DNA of 48,199 nt from a virus. Lineage: Duplodnaviria > Caudoviricetes. Location of the stretch: the IMG/VR virus record IMGVR_UViG_3300030376_002412, positions 1 to 48,199 of that record. One strand, 5' to 3'. Numbering within the stretch: position 1 is the stretch's first letter; each line of letters begins with the position of its first letter. The notes beneath the pieces were generated by a model that made no database searches, had not been told where the DNA came from, and saw only the letters and a program-made list of their open reading frames with translations. Position numbers and translations under genes: made by a program. Below, in pieces: positions 1-10,111 of the stretch.

Positions 1-371
1 GTCCAATGCTTTGAAAAAAGCACAAGCGTTTAAAGAGTATGCTGTAGAGGTATTAGAAATGAACCCTAGTGCTGTTGATAAGTTTATTGTAGACGTAATA
101 GAAACTACATTTGAACAACGTAATAAAATTTATCAATCATTTGATAATAATAAACAGTGGTATAAAAAACAAAACGTTAGAAGCTACGGAGATCAAATAT
201 ACTTTACTAAAGAATCTATAAAAGAACAGTTAGAAACATTAACTACAGCTAGAAATGCAGTAGGAAAACCTTTGACTAAACAAGGTAAGATGTTAGTAGA
301 AGATTTATTTGATGTATTTTATATAGCTAATCCTGTTATAGATTTAAACTTTACAGGATTTAGAGGAAAGA
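1..371. repeat. Terminal direct repeat (copy 1), most likely the circular assembly overlap
   Basis: Matches 47829-48199. I found two differences (position 4 C/T, position 370 G/A), both synonymous third-codon positions in the giant ORF. Confidence 0.95.
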
Positions 372-3300
372 AACGATTTGATTTCTTGACAAATGTTAAT
401 AGAGATATAAAAGAACTTTTGAAATTAAAAGCTCAAGAAACAAAACTTACTAAAGGATTAGAAGAGTTTTCTAAACAATCTACTTTAGACAAATTATATG
501 AGCAAAGAGGCGCATTACAAAGAGAATTTGTAGGTTCTTTACCTGACTTGGAACAGACATGGTCCATAAAAGCCCGTAATAAGCAGTATATGGCTAGAGA
601 ACGTTATAAGGTACTAGAACTAGCAGTAGCAGAAAAAGACGCTAGAATAGAGCAATTTAAAAAAGATTTTGATTTTGACAATTTAATTGATTACGTGAGT
701 GAGGATATTACACCGCCATCTACATCAAGTCTATCTGAACCTGTAGTAGTAGACACTGCAAAACCAGCAGTGAATAGAACTAAACAAGTTGTTCCAGATT
801 TAATTGACATTGACGTTCTCACAGATCCTAAGAAATTAGATAAATTAATTGATACAAAGAAAAAATTAACTAGCAATCAAACAGAAGGTATTAAAAAAGA
901 CCTGGATGACTTGCGTGACGTTATTAAATATCAAATAGCAAATGGTAATCCTGGTATATTGTATAACATATCTTCTTTGTATTCTAATTTTTTTCAAGGA
1001 AAAAATAGAGAGATAGATTTAATTCAAGATGTAGATGGCTTGAGGTTAAAGTATTTTGTAAAACACATGAAAAATCAATACGGTCCTAATGATGCATTTG
1101 ATGCTATTCGTAGAAATAAAGAGTTAATTAATCAGGCACGTAAAGACTTGTACGTTGACATGACTGATATGGTTCCCTTAAAAACGTTTGCAGAATACGC
1201 TAAAGAACAAGATGTATTTGTTAAAATGATGTCTGATCTAGATTTGTTTAAAAAAATAAGAGTAGATTATAGAAAGTATGTAATGGAGTGGGCTAATGCT
1301 AACGAAGGTTCTATAACTAAACTATCAGATCAAACACAAGGAAAGATATTAAAAGATAAAGACAATATTGTATATGGTTATAATAAAAAAACTAAAATAA
1401 TTAAACCTTATAAAAATATAGGGCAGCTAGAGAAAGATATAAAAGCTAATCCTGTTATACAAAAAATACCTATGGATAGTTTATCTTCTGTTATTACAGA
1501 CAAAATTAATTTTATGTTTCCTATAGACGCACACTTAAGAAGTCCTAAAGGTATAGATCAAGTGTTAGGTATTTATCAAAGATTAGACCAGTTAATTTCA
1601 CCTTTTGAAAAAAGGTTTCAATTAGATAGAGGTGTTAAATTTAATCCTAAAACTAGACAAATGGATGAATATGGTATATTAGTTCCAACTTCTACGTTAA
1701 AAACTATAGCTGAAAATATATATGAAAATCATAGTATAGCAAGTCAGCTTAAAAAGTTTAATGTAGATTTTGTAGGATTTAATAAAAAAATATTAAACAC
1801 AAAACAAAAAGTGTATACAGCTAATCAAGATATATTGTGGGAAGTTGCAGTGTTAAGACACGTATTAGGTCCAGATAAATTAGGACCAAAAAAGAATAAT
1901 ACTTTAGCTGAAGAACGCATTGAACTTCAAGAACGTTTAGATGTAGCAGAAAAAAAACTTAGCAAAATATCAGAAAAATTATATTACACTAATAAACAAG
2001 GCGATCAGGTATTTGTAGATGCTAGTAAATACACAGATGTAATACGCAATCAAGTTATACAACCAATAATGGATTTTGCTTTAAAACAATTTATAGAAAG
2101 TAATTATAAAAATATTGAAAAAGCATTTGGAGAAACTATATATAAAAATGTATATAGTCCTGATAAAAAATATGCACCAAGTCATCCTTTGTTTTATCAA
2201 CAACGTTTAATGGAGATGTTTTTTAATGCCAATGGAATAATTAGTCCTTCAAGACTAATGGCTTTTGATAAGTCTGTTAGAATTAAACAAGATACTGTTT
2301 CTGGTTCTGAAATATTACGTAACCATTTTCATTTAGATGATATAAAGTTTTTAAACTATGCTTTCAACGTTCGTCAAAACATACACGATAAATACAGTCA
2401 ATACTTAAATAAAAGCGGAGAGCTTGACTGGAATTTGTTAGACAAAACATTAGTCAAAGGACAAACAAAGTTTACATTAGGAGATAAAATTAGAAAAGAA
2501 TTAAAATCTCAACAATTAAAATTAGATGCTAGACAATTAGAAGTAGGTAAATTTAAAGAACAAGATGAGTCTGCACGTTTCTGGTCTTACATGGGTTCTT
2601 TAGAGATTAAAGAAAACAAAAAGAAAATTGTTGAAGATTATTTACCTGCTGAGAAAAAACGTATTATGTCTAAAAAAGTTGATCAGTTGTTAGATCCTAA
2701 GATGAAAGAAGATGTATTAAATGGAGAAGTAACGTTAGAGGATGCTAGATTTGCTGAATATCAACAATTAGAAAATAAAATTTTAAAGACTAATAAATAT
2801 GAAAACCCTAATGTAGACCAAGATGCTGCAGATACTTTAAATCAAGTACCTACTAGAAGAGGTAAAACAGTATATCCTGGTTTAGGTATGTCTACACACG
2901 CACGTTCTAGAACAGAAAGAGCATTGCCTTTCTTTAGAACTGATGGTAATGTTCCTTTAGAATACATGGATAGTATGTCAAGAGGTTTAACTCAAAACAT
3001 TAGTGCCTTATATACTAGAATTTATTTAGATAAATTTTTAGAACAAGGTAGAAAAAATGAAACTATGTCTGATGTTATTGAACAATGGCATTCTGCTTTA
3101 TTAGATTTTTCTAAAGGTTACATGGGACAACCTTCTACAAGAAATATAGAAGTACATGGTTTTAATAAAAAAGATTATGTGTTATTAAAAGAATGGCAAG
3201 ATTCTGGATATGATCAATCGTGGAAATATGGAAAACTTAATAATGTTGAAAAGAAATTATTGTTAGATATGGAAGCAGCAGCATTGCCAACCTACACAGA

Positions 3301-4984
3301 ACAACGTGCTATGAAAAAGAAGTTGGTAGGTGAGTTAATAAAAAAACATGGTAAAGATTTAAAAGGTGTTACTAAAGAAAAACGTGATGAATTTTTCATG
3401 ACAACTATTGGTCCACAAGTTAAAACAGATTTTACAAAATGGATGCAAAAATCACAAAAAGAAAACCTAAATTTACTTATTGATAAAGATAACATAGATA
3501 AGTTAAAGATTAACTTTACACCTAGACAATGGTTTAGCGATGAATCTGTTGGTAATACTATGTTAAAAATTGAAGGCAACATTAATAAGGTTTATGGTAA
3601 AGCTACTAAATCATTATTAGGTAAAGAAAAACAAATGTTTCAATCATTGCCTGAAGATCCAATACTAAGACATAAAGCTATGGTAGATATGGCTCAGTAT
3701 ATGAGTGACTTAGAAGGTAAGTTTGAAGTATTTAGTTTACTGTTTCACCCTAAAGCTGCAATAACAAATGTATATGGTGGTTATCAAAACGTAATAACAG
3801 ATACTGGTTTTACACATTTTGTTAATTCATTTAGAGAAGATTATTTAATAAACGAAGTATTTGCTGGTAAAAAGTTTAGGATATACGATCCAAAAACTAA
3901 AACATATCAAGATAAAGAATTAAAATCCATGGAAGATGTACACATGATGATAGATAGTTTAGGATTGTTGGAAGGTAATTTGTTACAAGAATTAACTTAT
4001 CTACAAGCTAAAGAACCTGCTCAGGTTAAAAAGTTTTTATCAGAACTTGTAAAAAGAGTTACACAAAATACCAAGAAAAACAAATTGTGGGGTAACTCTA
4101 AAGAAGTTAACGAAAAAAATGATGCTTTTGTAAAAGAAACTATAGCAGAGTTAGCTACTAAATATAATGTAGATGCTGCAGCCATGGAAGTTGGTAGTGT
4201 ATTTATGTCTGCATCTGAAAAATTATTAAGACGTAAAGCATTTTTATCACATTATTTAAAAGCTAGAGAATTATACGCTGATACAAAAGGTAATATCAAA
4301 GTAACTGACGAGTTTTTAGTGAAGACTGCTAAAAAAGGTGTAGAAGGTTCACAGTTTATTTATCACGCTACATACAGACCTAACTTTAGTAATACTGCGT
4401 TTGGTCGTGTAATGACACGTTTCCAGCCTTATATGTGGAGTAGTATTAGACGTAGAAAAACTATGTTTGAAGATATGATGGCAGTAGAAGGGCACGCTAA
4501 CTTTGAAGCTACTAAAAGATTTGAAAGACAAATAGCTAATGATGCTATGACTATGGCATTAGCTAGTGTATTTGCTTACAGTATATTTGAGTATGCTTTA
4601 TCTCCGCCTATGAATATGTTTAAAGATACAGCTGAGTTTTTATTTGGTGATGAAAAAACAAGAGAAAGAGCATTCTTTAATCAATATCCTATCAAAGCTA
4701 TGGCACCGTTACAGATCGTAACACCTCCTGCTGCAAGATTTATTATGCCTCATGTTAATGCTTTAGTTAATGGTAACTACGAAGCATTCTGGAATTATAC
4801 TGCTTGGACATATTTACCTGGTGGTAGATTGATGCGTGATGTTTATAAGACAACACAGAAACCAAATTATTGGATGGAATATTCTACTGGTATACCTCGT
4901 AATAGCATGAAATGGTATGGTCAACGTGTTGAAAGAGAGCAACGCAATAGAGATATTATGTTAGAAAACTTAAGTGATGAATAG
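11..4984 (+). CDS. C-terminal half of the ~3277-aa giant virion/ejection protein with RNA polymerase domain (continues from 42979)
   Basis: In frame with 42979.. across the overlap (position 11 = 47839). C-terminal motifs LLFHPKAAITNVYGG and SQFIYHATYRP..FGRVMTRFQ resemble those of large podovirus ejection proteins. Confidence 0.85.
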   Translation: MKKAQAFKEYAVEVLEMNPSAVDKFIVDVIETTFEQRNKIYQSFDNNKQWYKKQNVRSYGDQIYFTKESIKEQLETLTTARNAVGKPLTKQGKMLVEDLFDVFYIANPVIDLNFTGFRGKKRFDFLTNVNRDIKELLKLKAQETKLTKGLEEFSKQSTLDKLYEQRGALQREFVGSLPDLEQTWSIKARNKQYMARERYKVLELAVAEKDARIEQFKKDFDFDNLIDYVSEDITPPSTSSLSEPVVVDTAKPAVNRTKQVVPDLIDIDVLTDPKKLDKLIDTKKKLTSNQTEGIKKDLDDLRDVIKYQIANGNPGILYNISSLYSNFFQGKNREIDLIQDVDGLRLKYFVKHMKNQYGPNDAFDAIRRNKELINQARKDLYVDMTDMVPLKTFAEYAKEQDVFVKMMSDLDLFKKIRVDYRKYVMEWANANEGSITKLSDQTQGKILKDKDNIVYGYNKKTKIIKPYKNIGQLEKDIKANPVIQKIPMDSLSSVITDKINFMFPIDAHLRSPKGIDQVLGIYQRLDQLISPFEKRFQLDRGVKFNPKTRQMDEYGILVPTSTLKTIAENIYENHSIASQLKKFNVDFVGFNKKILNTKQKVYTANQDILWEVAVLRHVLGPDKLGPKKNNTLAEERIELQERLDVAEKKLSKISEKLYYTNKQGDQVFVDASKYTDVIRNQVIQPIMDFALKQFIESNYKNIEKAFGETIYKNVYSPDKKYAPSHPLFYQQRLMEMFFNANGIISPSRLMAFDKSVRIKQDTVSGSEILRNHFHLDDIKFLNYAFNVRQNIHDKYSQYLNKSGELDWNLLDKTLVKGQTKFTLGDKIRKELKSQQLKLDARQLEVGKFKEQDESARFWSYMGSLEIKENKKKIVEDYLPAEKKRIMSKKVDQLLDPKMKEDVLNGEVTLEDARFAEYQQLENKILKTNKYENPNVDQDAADTLNQVPTRRGKTVYPGLGMSTHARSRTERALPFFRTDGNVPLEYMDSMSRGLTQNISALYTRIYLDKFLEQGRKNETMSDVIEQWHSALLDFSKGYMGQPSTRNIEVHGFNKKDYVLLKEWQDSGYDQSWKYGKLNNVEKKLLLDMEAAALPTYTEQRAMKKKLVGELIKKHGKDLKGVTKEKRDEFFMTTIGPQVKTDFTKWMQKSQKENLNLLIDKDNIDKLKINFTPRQWFSDESVGNTMLKIEGNINKVYGKATKSLLGKEKQMFQSLPEDPILRHKAMVDMAQYMSDLEGKFEVFSLLFHPKAAITNVYGGYQNVITDTGFTHFVNSFREDYLINEVFAGKKFRIYDPKTKTYQDKELKSMEDVHMMIDSLGLLEGNLLQELTYLQAKEPAQVKKFLSELVKRVTQNTKKNKLWGNSKEVNEKNDAFVKETIAELATKYNVDAAAMEVGSVFMSASEKLLRRKAFLSHYLKARELYADTKGNIKVTDEFLVKTAKKGVEGSQFIYHATYRPNFSNTAFGRVMTRFQPYMWSSIRRRKTMFEDMMAVEGHANFEATKRFERQIANDAMTMALASVFAYSIFEYALSPPMNMFKDTAEFLFGDEKTRERAFFNQYPIKAMAPLQIVTPPAARFIMPHVNALVNGNYEAFWNYTAWTYLPGGRLMRDVYKTTQKPNYWMEYSTGIPRNSMKWYGQRVEREQRNRDIMLENLSDE

Positions 4985-4993
4985 ATGTTTTAT

Positions 4994-5146
4994 TTAGCGT
5001 TGTTCTTTAGAAAGCTTTTCCAATAAAATTTTCGACTCTTCTTTTTTTGTAGTCAAAAATTTTATTGCTTTTTCAGTTAGTTTTTTTATTTCTGCTATTT
5101 CTTTTTTTAATAATTTAATTTCTTTTATTTTTTCTTGTTCAGTCAT
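4994..5146 (-). CDS. Small charged coiled-coil-like hypothetical protein (50 aa, MTEQEKIKEIKLL...)
   Basis: Manual translation; AAGGA upstream; stops convergently 10 nt from the giant gene stop. Confidence 0.6.
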   Translation of the reverse strand: MTEQEKIKEIKLLKKEIAEIKKLTEKAIKFLTTKKEESKILLEKLSKEQR

Positions 5147-5164
5147 AATTATTTTCCTTGTTAT

Positions 5165-5285
5165 TAAGATGCCTCACAATACTTAAGATACATATCTATC
5201 GACTAAGAAGATATGTTTTTAGTAGCCAACCAATCGTAGTATTTGCACAAGTAAACTAATGTAACTTGTGTGCAAGGCATCTCAA
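5165..5285 (-). other. Multi-stem structured intergenic element
   Basis: Outer stem AGATGCCT(5167-74)/AGGCATCT(5275-82) encloses ACATATCT(5190-97)/AGATATGT(5209-16) and GCACAAGT(5245-52)/ACTTGTGT(5264-71). Strand uncertain. Confidence 0.5.
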
Positions 5286-5292
5286 TTTTTAT

Positions 5293-5445
5293 TTAATCAT
5301 TACAATCAGGTCTACGAACGTCAGTTAAATCTAAGAAATCTTCTGATTCCCTAATAGCTTTATCTGATTTAATTTTCTCTTGTTCCTGTATGATCTTGGC
5401 AGCAAGAGATATGATCGCATTGATTTCTTCTTTACTCAAAGTCAT
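5293..5445 (-). CDS. Hypothetical protein (50 aa, MTLSKEEINAII...)
   Basis: Manual translation; AGGAG RBS; overlaps the end of the resolvase. Confidence 0.6.
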   Translation of the reverse strand: MTLSKEEINAIISLAAKIIQEQEKIKSDKAIRESEDFLDLTDVRRPDCND

Positions 5446-5764
5446 CACGATTCTCCTTTTCAATTTGTAATAATCTTAAGAATCTCTTTAGTGGTATTAT
5501 AGCTAAAGATTCTTTTCTATCCATACGTGTAACAACAACGTCTACATCGTCACCGTGATAATCTGGATACAGCCATTGTGCAACTTTCTTTCTTCGCTTT
5601 GCTTGTATGCATGTATCTTCGACTATCACGTCAACAACTTCTGATTTACCTAGTGATCTACCATCTGAAGCATAGGCCCTCTTTGCAGAAAGGCCCATGT
5701 CTTTAGCTGTATTCACGATCTCACGTTCGAGATTGTTACCACGTATTTTATTAGGATGCGTCAC
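5432..5764 (-). CDS. Holliday junction resolvase, Hjc-like PD-(D/E)xK nuclease
   Basis: NKIRGNNLERE...DVIVEDTCIQAKRRK pattern; probable GTG start at 5764; adjacent to the primase-helicase. Confidence 0.8.
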   Translation of the reverse strand: MTHPNKIRGNNLEREIVNTAKDMGLSAKRAYASDGRSLGKSEVVDVIVEDTCIQAKRRKKVAQWLYPDYHGDDVDVVVTRMDRKESLAIIPLKRFLRLLQIEKENRDDFE

Positions 5765-6023
5765 TTGTAGCAAGATTTTGATCCATCTCAAAGATGTTAA
5801 AATCTTCCTTGTATTTCTCTACAGCTTGTGGCGATTCATCCCACATTCTAAAACCTGTGGAAAATTCCATAGGTCCTACACGTACGTCAAACCACAAGTG
5901 ATTACCAAAATTACTATCCATTCTTGCGGAAAAGTTTAAGACTTTTAACAATCTTAAATGTGCTTTCTGGATATTATTTTTATCACTATAACTTGGTTTA
6001 ACTAATGTATCTAGTTTAATCAT
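5751..6023 (-). CDS. Hypothetical protein (90 aa)
   Basis: AAGGAG RBS; coupled between helicase and resolvase. Confidence 0.7.
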   Translation of the reverse strand: MIKLDTLVKPSYSDKNNIQKAHLRLLKVLNFSARMDSNFGNHLWFDVRVGPMEFSTGFRMWDESPQAVEKYKEDFNIFEMDQNLATSDAS

Positions 6024-7860
6024 AATTACTCCTTATTTGATTAAATTGCATTGTATCGGTATCAAATGCTGCAGTCATTTCAAACCTACCTTCGTCACGT
6101 GATTTAACAGAACTCACTATACGTACTGCATCGTCACGATTACCTTTGATAAGTATTACTTTATCTGCTTTTTGTACTACATTTGATGAACCTTTTAACG
6201 AATGCAAATTGATTACGTTATTACTAGCAGAAGATTTGTTTAAGTGATGTATTGCAATAATAATTATATTTGTTTTCTGTGCAATTTGTTTCAATGCACC
6301 AATAACTATATTTTGCTTTTCTATTTCACCTTTAACAAAGTCTACTTGTACTTCATCCGTAGTATCTACTACTAACACTTTAGGTTGGTACTCAGATACT
6401 ACTTTCTTAATTGAGTCTATTCGAGGTGCAATCGTCATAACTTGCACGTGATCTAACTTATCTTTTAAAGTAAATTCAGGATTATTTTTGTATTCATTAG
6501 TAATCCATTCTTTATCTTTACCGACAGCTATTTGACCAAACCTCCTGAATATTAACTGTTCATTCATCTCTAAAGATAAAAACAATGTATGTTGTTTTGC
6601 TTTTACAATTATATCTTGTATAAAAGCAGTTTTACCTAAACCTGTATCACCTGAAAATATTACTAATTCTCCTGGTGAAAAGTTGTAGGAATCGCATCCA
6701 TATATTTTATCTAATTGAATAGAGTTTTGCGACATGGTATTTATAAGGTAATCTCTTAATGAATCTTCTAATTCATTAACACCTTTAATATCTAATTTAT
6801 AGTCTTTACGTTTATAGTAAATACATTTAGTATCACAATACTCAGCCATGATGTGGTCATCGCAGCCATATTGATAATTACCATCGTACACATTTTTAAC
6901 AGTTCTATTTACTTCTTCTTCACTCATTTGACCATCACTCCAAGTATGCATACCATTCAAAGCAACAATGAAAGGTACACCTGCACGTTTGTACGTGCTT
7001 GTCATACGCATCATTTTGTTGTTTCTAGCTCCAATGTGTGGACCTTCGTTGAATATGTGCTGCATACACGACACTACGCTTGTAACGTCTGAACTCTTCT
7101 TACTAGAGTTAGGTTTTGTTACAATAGTAGGTGATGCAATAACCATTGATTGAAGATAAGGTTCTACTTGAGGTGTTTTATGCAGCGTTTCAAAGAAATT
7201 ATCTGAATCACTGTTAACCCAGTCTAAGTAGTTTTGTCTTGTAGAAGCATAACATTCAAGATCTTTGTAAGTTATGTCACCTATTTGTGATAAAGGTATC
7301 CATATTTTATGTAATTGTGTTTTTGGATTTAACGACCATTTAGTTCTGATGATCCTCGTTTTATCATAGATTGAGTCTGCAAAGTCAAAATGTTTATTCA
7401 TTGTAAGCCTTAGCTTATCATGAAGTGTTTTACTTTGTTGCAATCCAAATACATTTTTCATTTCTATATGAAAACCGTTACCACTAAACCATAGGTTAAT
7501 GTCTTCTTCCATTACGCCTTTATCGAACATTTCAGACAAACACGCTTGAATATATCCTATCATCTGATCTTTAGGTATTTCACCTTTGTCTACATCTAAT
7601 ATGATATAATCCAATGCACATGAACCGTCAAAACCTTTTACAGTTCCAGTTTCAGTTACGTGTTTATCGAAACTTTCATCAAACACAAAATAAGAACGAT
7701 ACATTTCTTTCGACCAAGAGTAATCTAACACAGCTTTCTTATATTGTTCTGTAGTTACTACTTGATTACGATTAGAAATACTATCTTTTACTATTTCGAC
7801 ATAGCAGTCTGAAGTGATTCTGGAATCCCTCCGTATTTCTTCATGTTGATTGCCATCCAT
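6016..7860 (-). CDS. AEP primase(-polymerase) fused to SF4/DnaB-like helicase
   Basis: AEP motifs IILDVD, WFSGNGFH and DSIYDKTRIIR; Cys-rich middle domain; Walker A GDTGLGKT, LSLEM, VLVVD, IIAIHHLNK, LKGSSNVVQKAD. Confidence 0.88.
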   Translation of the reverse strand: MDGNQHEEIRRDSRITSDCYVEIVKDSISNRNQVVTTEQYKKAVLDYSWSKEMYRSYFVFDESFDKHVTETGTVKGFDGSCALDYIILDVDKGEIPKDQMIGYIQACLSEMFDKGVMEEDINLWFSGNGFHIEMKNVFGLQQSKTLHDKLRLTMNKHFDFADSIYDKTRIIRTKWSLNPKTQLHKIWIPLSQIGDITYKDLECYASTRQNYLDWVNSDSDNFFETLHKTPQVEPYLQSMVIASPTIVTKPNSSKKSSDVTSVVSCMQHIFNEGPHIGARNNKMMRMTSTYKRAGVPFIVALNGMHTWSDGQMSEEEVNRTVKNVYDGNYQYGCDDHIMAEYCDTKCIYYKRKDYKLDIKGVNELEDSLRDYLINTMSQNSIQLDKIYGCDSYNFSPGELVIFSGDTGLGKTAFIQDIIVKAKQHTLFLSLEMNEQLIFRRFGQIAVGKDKEWITNEYKNNPEFTLKDKLDHVQVMTIAPRIDSIKKVVSEYQPKVLVVDTTDEVQVDFVKGEIEKQNIVIGALKQIAQKTNIIIIAIHHLNKSSASNNVINLHSLKGSSNVVQKADKVILIKGNRDDAVRIVSSVKSRDEGRFEMTAAFDTDTMQFNQIRSNYD

Positions 7861-8108
7861 CCTTTTACCTTTTTCTGTTTTGTGTGTGATACTTCTCTTA
7901 ACATTATATCTAAACTTTCAAACAATTGAGGACTTTCTCTCAATTCTCTCCATAGCCTAGAATATGTACTAGCAGTATGTATTTTACCATACTTTAATTT
8001 TCCATATAATGGAACATTAAGTTCAATGTCGTATGAATAAAATGTATTGTTGCTAGATTTATCTGCTTGTTCTGATACCCAGTTAAGCAGTATTGTTTTA
8101 GCAGTCAC
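7791..8108 (-). CDS. Hypothetical protein (105 aa), possibly DNA-binding
   Basis: Coupled to the SSB stop; STYSRLWRELRE helix; lies in the replication cassette. Confidence 0.65.
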   Translation of the reverse strand: MTAKTILLNWVSEQADKSSNNTFYSYDIELNVPLYGKLKYGKIHTASTYSRLWRELRESPQLFESLDIMLREVSHTKQKKVKGWMAINMKKYGGIPESLQTAMSK

Positions 8109-8629
8109 TAGAATGGAAGGTCATCTAAATCTACAGATTCTGTTGGTGCTTGAACTGCACTATCTTCTTTTCTGTAATTTTTAGGATAACCTTTCGCTAA
8201 TTGAGCTTCAAAATCCTTACCCAATTGAGTTTCATCTTTCCAAGAACTAACTGTAGACCATATAGCACGTTTATATTTTCCAGTTGACGGATAACTTAAA
8301 CAAGCTATTTGTGAATTTGTTAACTCTTCTAAATTGATGTCACCAGTATCAGATATATTTAGATCTTTACCTGCTGCTAAGAACAATGTGTTTACTAAAT
8401 CAGGATATTTCAAATCAGATACAACACCATTAGTGTCTTTTTCGTAATTCTGATTCATAAATAAACTATATTTGTAACCATTGCTTTCATCGGTTAACTC
8501 AAGTTTAACTGTTGTATCACTATATTGTGATTCGATCTGTTCTGCTGCGGTAACTGTACACTTGTTAATAAAGTATTTTTTGTTACCTCCGCTTGTATTG
8601 CTTTTTATTTTAGTACCTGTAATAGCCAT
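8108..8629 (-). CDS. Single-stranded DNA-binding protein (putative)
   Basis: Acidic C-terminus ending VDLDDLPF; lies between annealase and primase-helicase. Confidence 0.7.
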   Translation of the reverse strand: MAITGTKIKSNTSGGNKKYFINKCTVTAAEQIESQYSDTTVKLELTDESNGYKYSLFMNQNYEKDTNGVVSDLKYPDLVNTLFLAAGKDLNISDTGDINLEELTNSQIACLSYPSTGKYKRAIWSTVSSWKDETQLGKDFEAQLAKGYPKNYRKEDSAVQAPTESVDLDDLPF

Positions 8630-8883
8630 TAGTCCTCCTTTTGGTATTTGCTATTGCGTTCATCTACTGCATCATTTACAGCATCCAATTCAGTCATTAT
8701 AGCTTTGTCAACAGCTTCCATAACTAATTCATAGTCTGGAAACTCAAAGTTATAACGTTCTTCGTCTGCTGCAAAAGGTACGTGAACAAGTAAATATCTA
8801 CCGTGATTATTATTGATCCATTGTGTTTCACCTGGTAGCAATCCACTTATTCTGTGTTCTTGTGGCATTTTTTTATTTGACAT
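8629..8883 (-). CDS. Hypothetical protein (84 aa)
   Basis: Translationally coupled within the minus-strand operon. Confidence 0.7.
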   Translation of the reverse strand: MSNKKMPQEHRISGLLPGETQWINNNHGRYLLVHVPFAADEERYNFEFPDYELVMEAVDKAIMTELDAVNDAVDERNSKYQKED

Positions 8884-9448
8884 CTTTAGGTTCCTTTTTA
8901 GTTAAAAGTTCCTGAAAATGTAATACAGCTCTTGTTACTTTTACTTTCGTATCATAATAGCCTGTGCCACGTTTCTTCATATAAGCTATATGCTGTTCTT
9001 TAGACATAAGCTCCTTTTTAAGACATTCGCCTGCTAAATCATCCATTGCTTCCAATGATTTAATAGTTGGATTAACGACTTTTTGTTTAGCTTTTGCGTT
9101 CTCAATTTCTTCACGAGAAGCGATTGAATGATCAACGCCATAACCTGCAAATGCAAGGGCCCTACCCACCGCACTCGTTTCGCCATTTTCCAAAGCGCTC
9201 GTCTTATTAACAAACCCAGTATTATCTCTTTCAGCCGCATATCCTGTGTAGTATACTTCTGGTTCTGATAATGGTTCTGGCGTGAATATCGCTTTGATGA
9301 TGTACTCATTACATGTTTCTCCTGTTGCTGTGTCTTTAATAGGTTGTACGTTTACTAATTCAGTACGTATTTGACATTTAGGAAATTCGTCGTGAGCACT
9401 CACTAAACGATCTTTGACTAATGCATAGTCTTTTACATTAAATCCCAT
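8873..9448 (-). CDS. Rad52/Sak-like single-strand annealing recombinase
   Basis: YALVKDRL...TGYAAE...NKTSALENGETSAVGRALAFAGYG pattern; AAGGAG RBS. Confidence 0.75.
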   Translation of the reverse strand: MGFNVKDYALVKDRLVSAHDEFPKCQIRTELVNVQPIKDTATGETCNEYIIKAIFTPEPLSEPEVYYTGYAAERDNTGFVNKTSALENGETSAVGRALAFAGYGVDHSIASREEIENAKAKQKVVNPTIKSLEAMDDLAGECLKKELMSKEQHIAYMKKRGTGYYDTKVKVTRAVLHFQELLTKKEPKDVK

Positions 9449-9484
9449 AGATTTTCTCCTTATGGTTGGTTAGCTTGAATAAAG

Positions 9485-9513
9485 AATCTAATATTAATAG
9501 ACCCTTTATCCAA
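9485..9513 (-). promoter_or_regulatory. Sigma70-like promoter for the replication cassette
   Basis: TTGGAT-N17-TAGATT on the minus strand in the intergenic gap upstream of the annealase. Confidence 0.55.
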
Positions 9514-9525
9514 GTGTTATTGTTA

Positions 9526-9855
9526 TTAATCTAGTAATACCATGTACGCTTTTGCGTTATTATCTCTAAACCAGTCAAGTCCTTTGCGTACATCTTGCTG
9601 CAACTTAGGACTGGTCATATAATTAGGCATATATTGTGCGCCCATTATAACTGAGTAAACTGCTTCTTCTACTGGTGATAATCTGTAAGATTCACCACTA
9701 AAAGGATTTGTTACTTCTAAGAATTTATCCATTTGTCCATGTTCGTTAGATAATATAGAACAATCAGATAAATCGTATGGAAATTTCGTATACTTTCTTT
9801 TAGTAGTAACTTTTTTTCCATCGCTTGACATGTATGTTATATGGTCTTTTTCCAT
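9526..9855 (-). CDS. Hypothetical protein (109 aa)
   Basis: GGAGG RBS; ends GLDWFRDNNAKAYMVLLD. Confidence 0.75.
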   Translation of the reverse strand: MEKDHITYMSSDGKKVTTKRKYTKFPYDLSDCSILSNEHGQMDKFLEVTNPFSGESYRLSPVEEAVYSVIMGAQYMPNYMTSPKLQQDVRKGLDWFRDNNAKAYMVLLD

Positions 9856-9856
9856 A

Positions 9857-10111
9857 TTACACCTCCTTTACATCTACAGGTAATACTCCACCTGCTATTT
9901 TAGCTACTTCTGCTTCTTTGTATACATAATGCAACGAACCAGGGCCGTTACCCTCATCGTCTTGTCCTACAAAGAAAACATTATTCTCAGTTTCAAATAT
10001 TAAACCAGTTCCATAATCACTATCATCTGGATCCCATCGTTGCCATTTTACACTAAGAATTGTTTGCCCTTTTAATAGTTCTTCAGCTTTTTTGTGCCAC
10101 CACATACTCAT
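9857..10111 (-). CDS. Hypothetical protein (84 aa, QDDEGNGPG motif)
   Basis: Likely start ATG 10111 after GGAGG rather than 10198. Confidence 0.7.
   Translation of the reverse strand: MSMWWHKKAEELLKGQTILSVKWQRWDPDDSDYGTGLIFETENNVFFVGQDDEGNGPGSLHYVYKEAEVAKIAGGVLPVDVKEV

Noticed and set aside
11-4984. Stand-alone 1657-aa gene with TTG start
   Set aside because: The frame is open upstream through the overlap back to ATG 42979.
5165-5285. tRNA gene
   Set aside because: Too long, with no T-loop or D-loop consensus; no tRNA recognised anywhere in the window.
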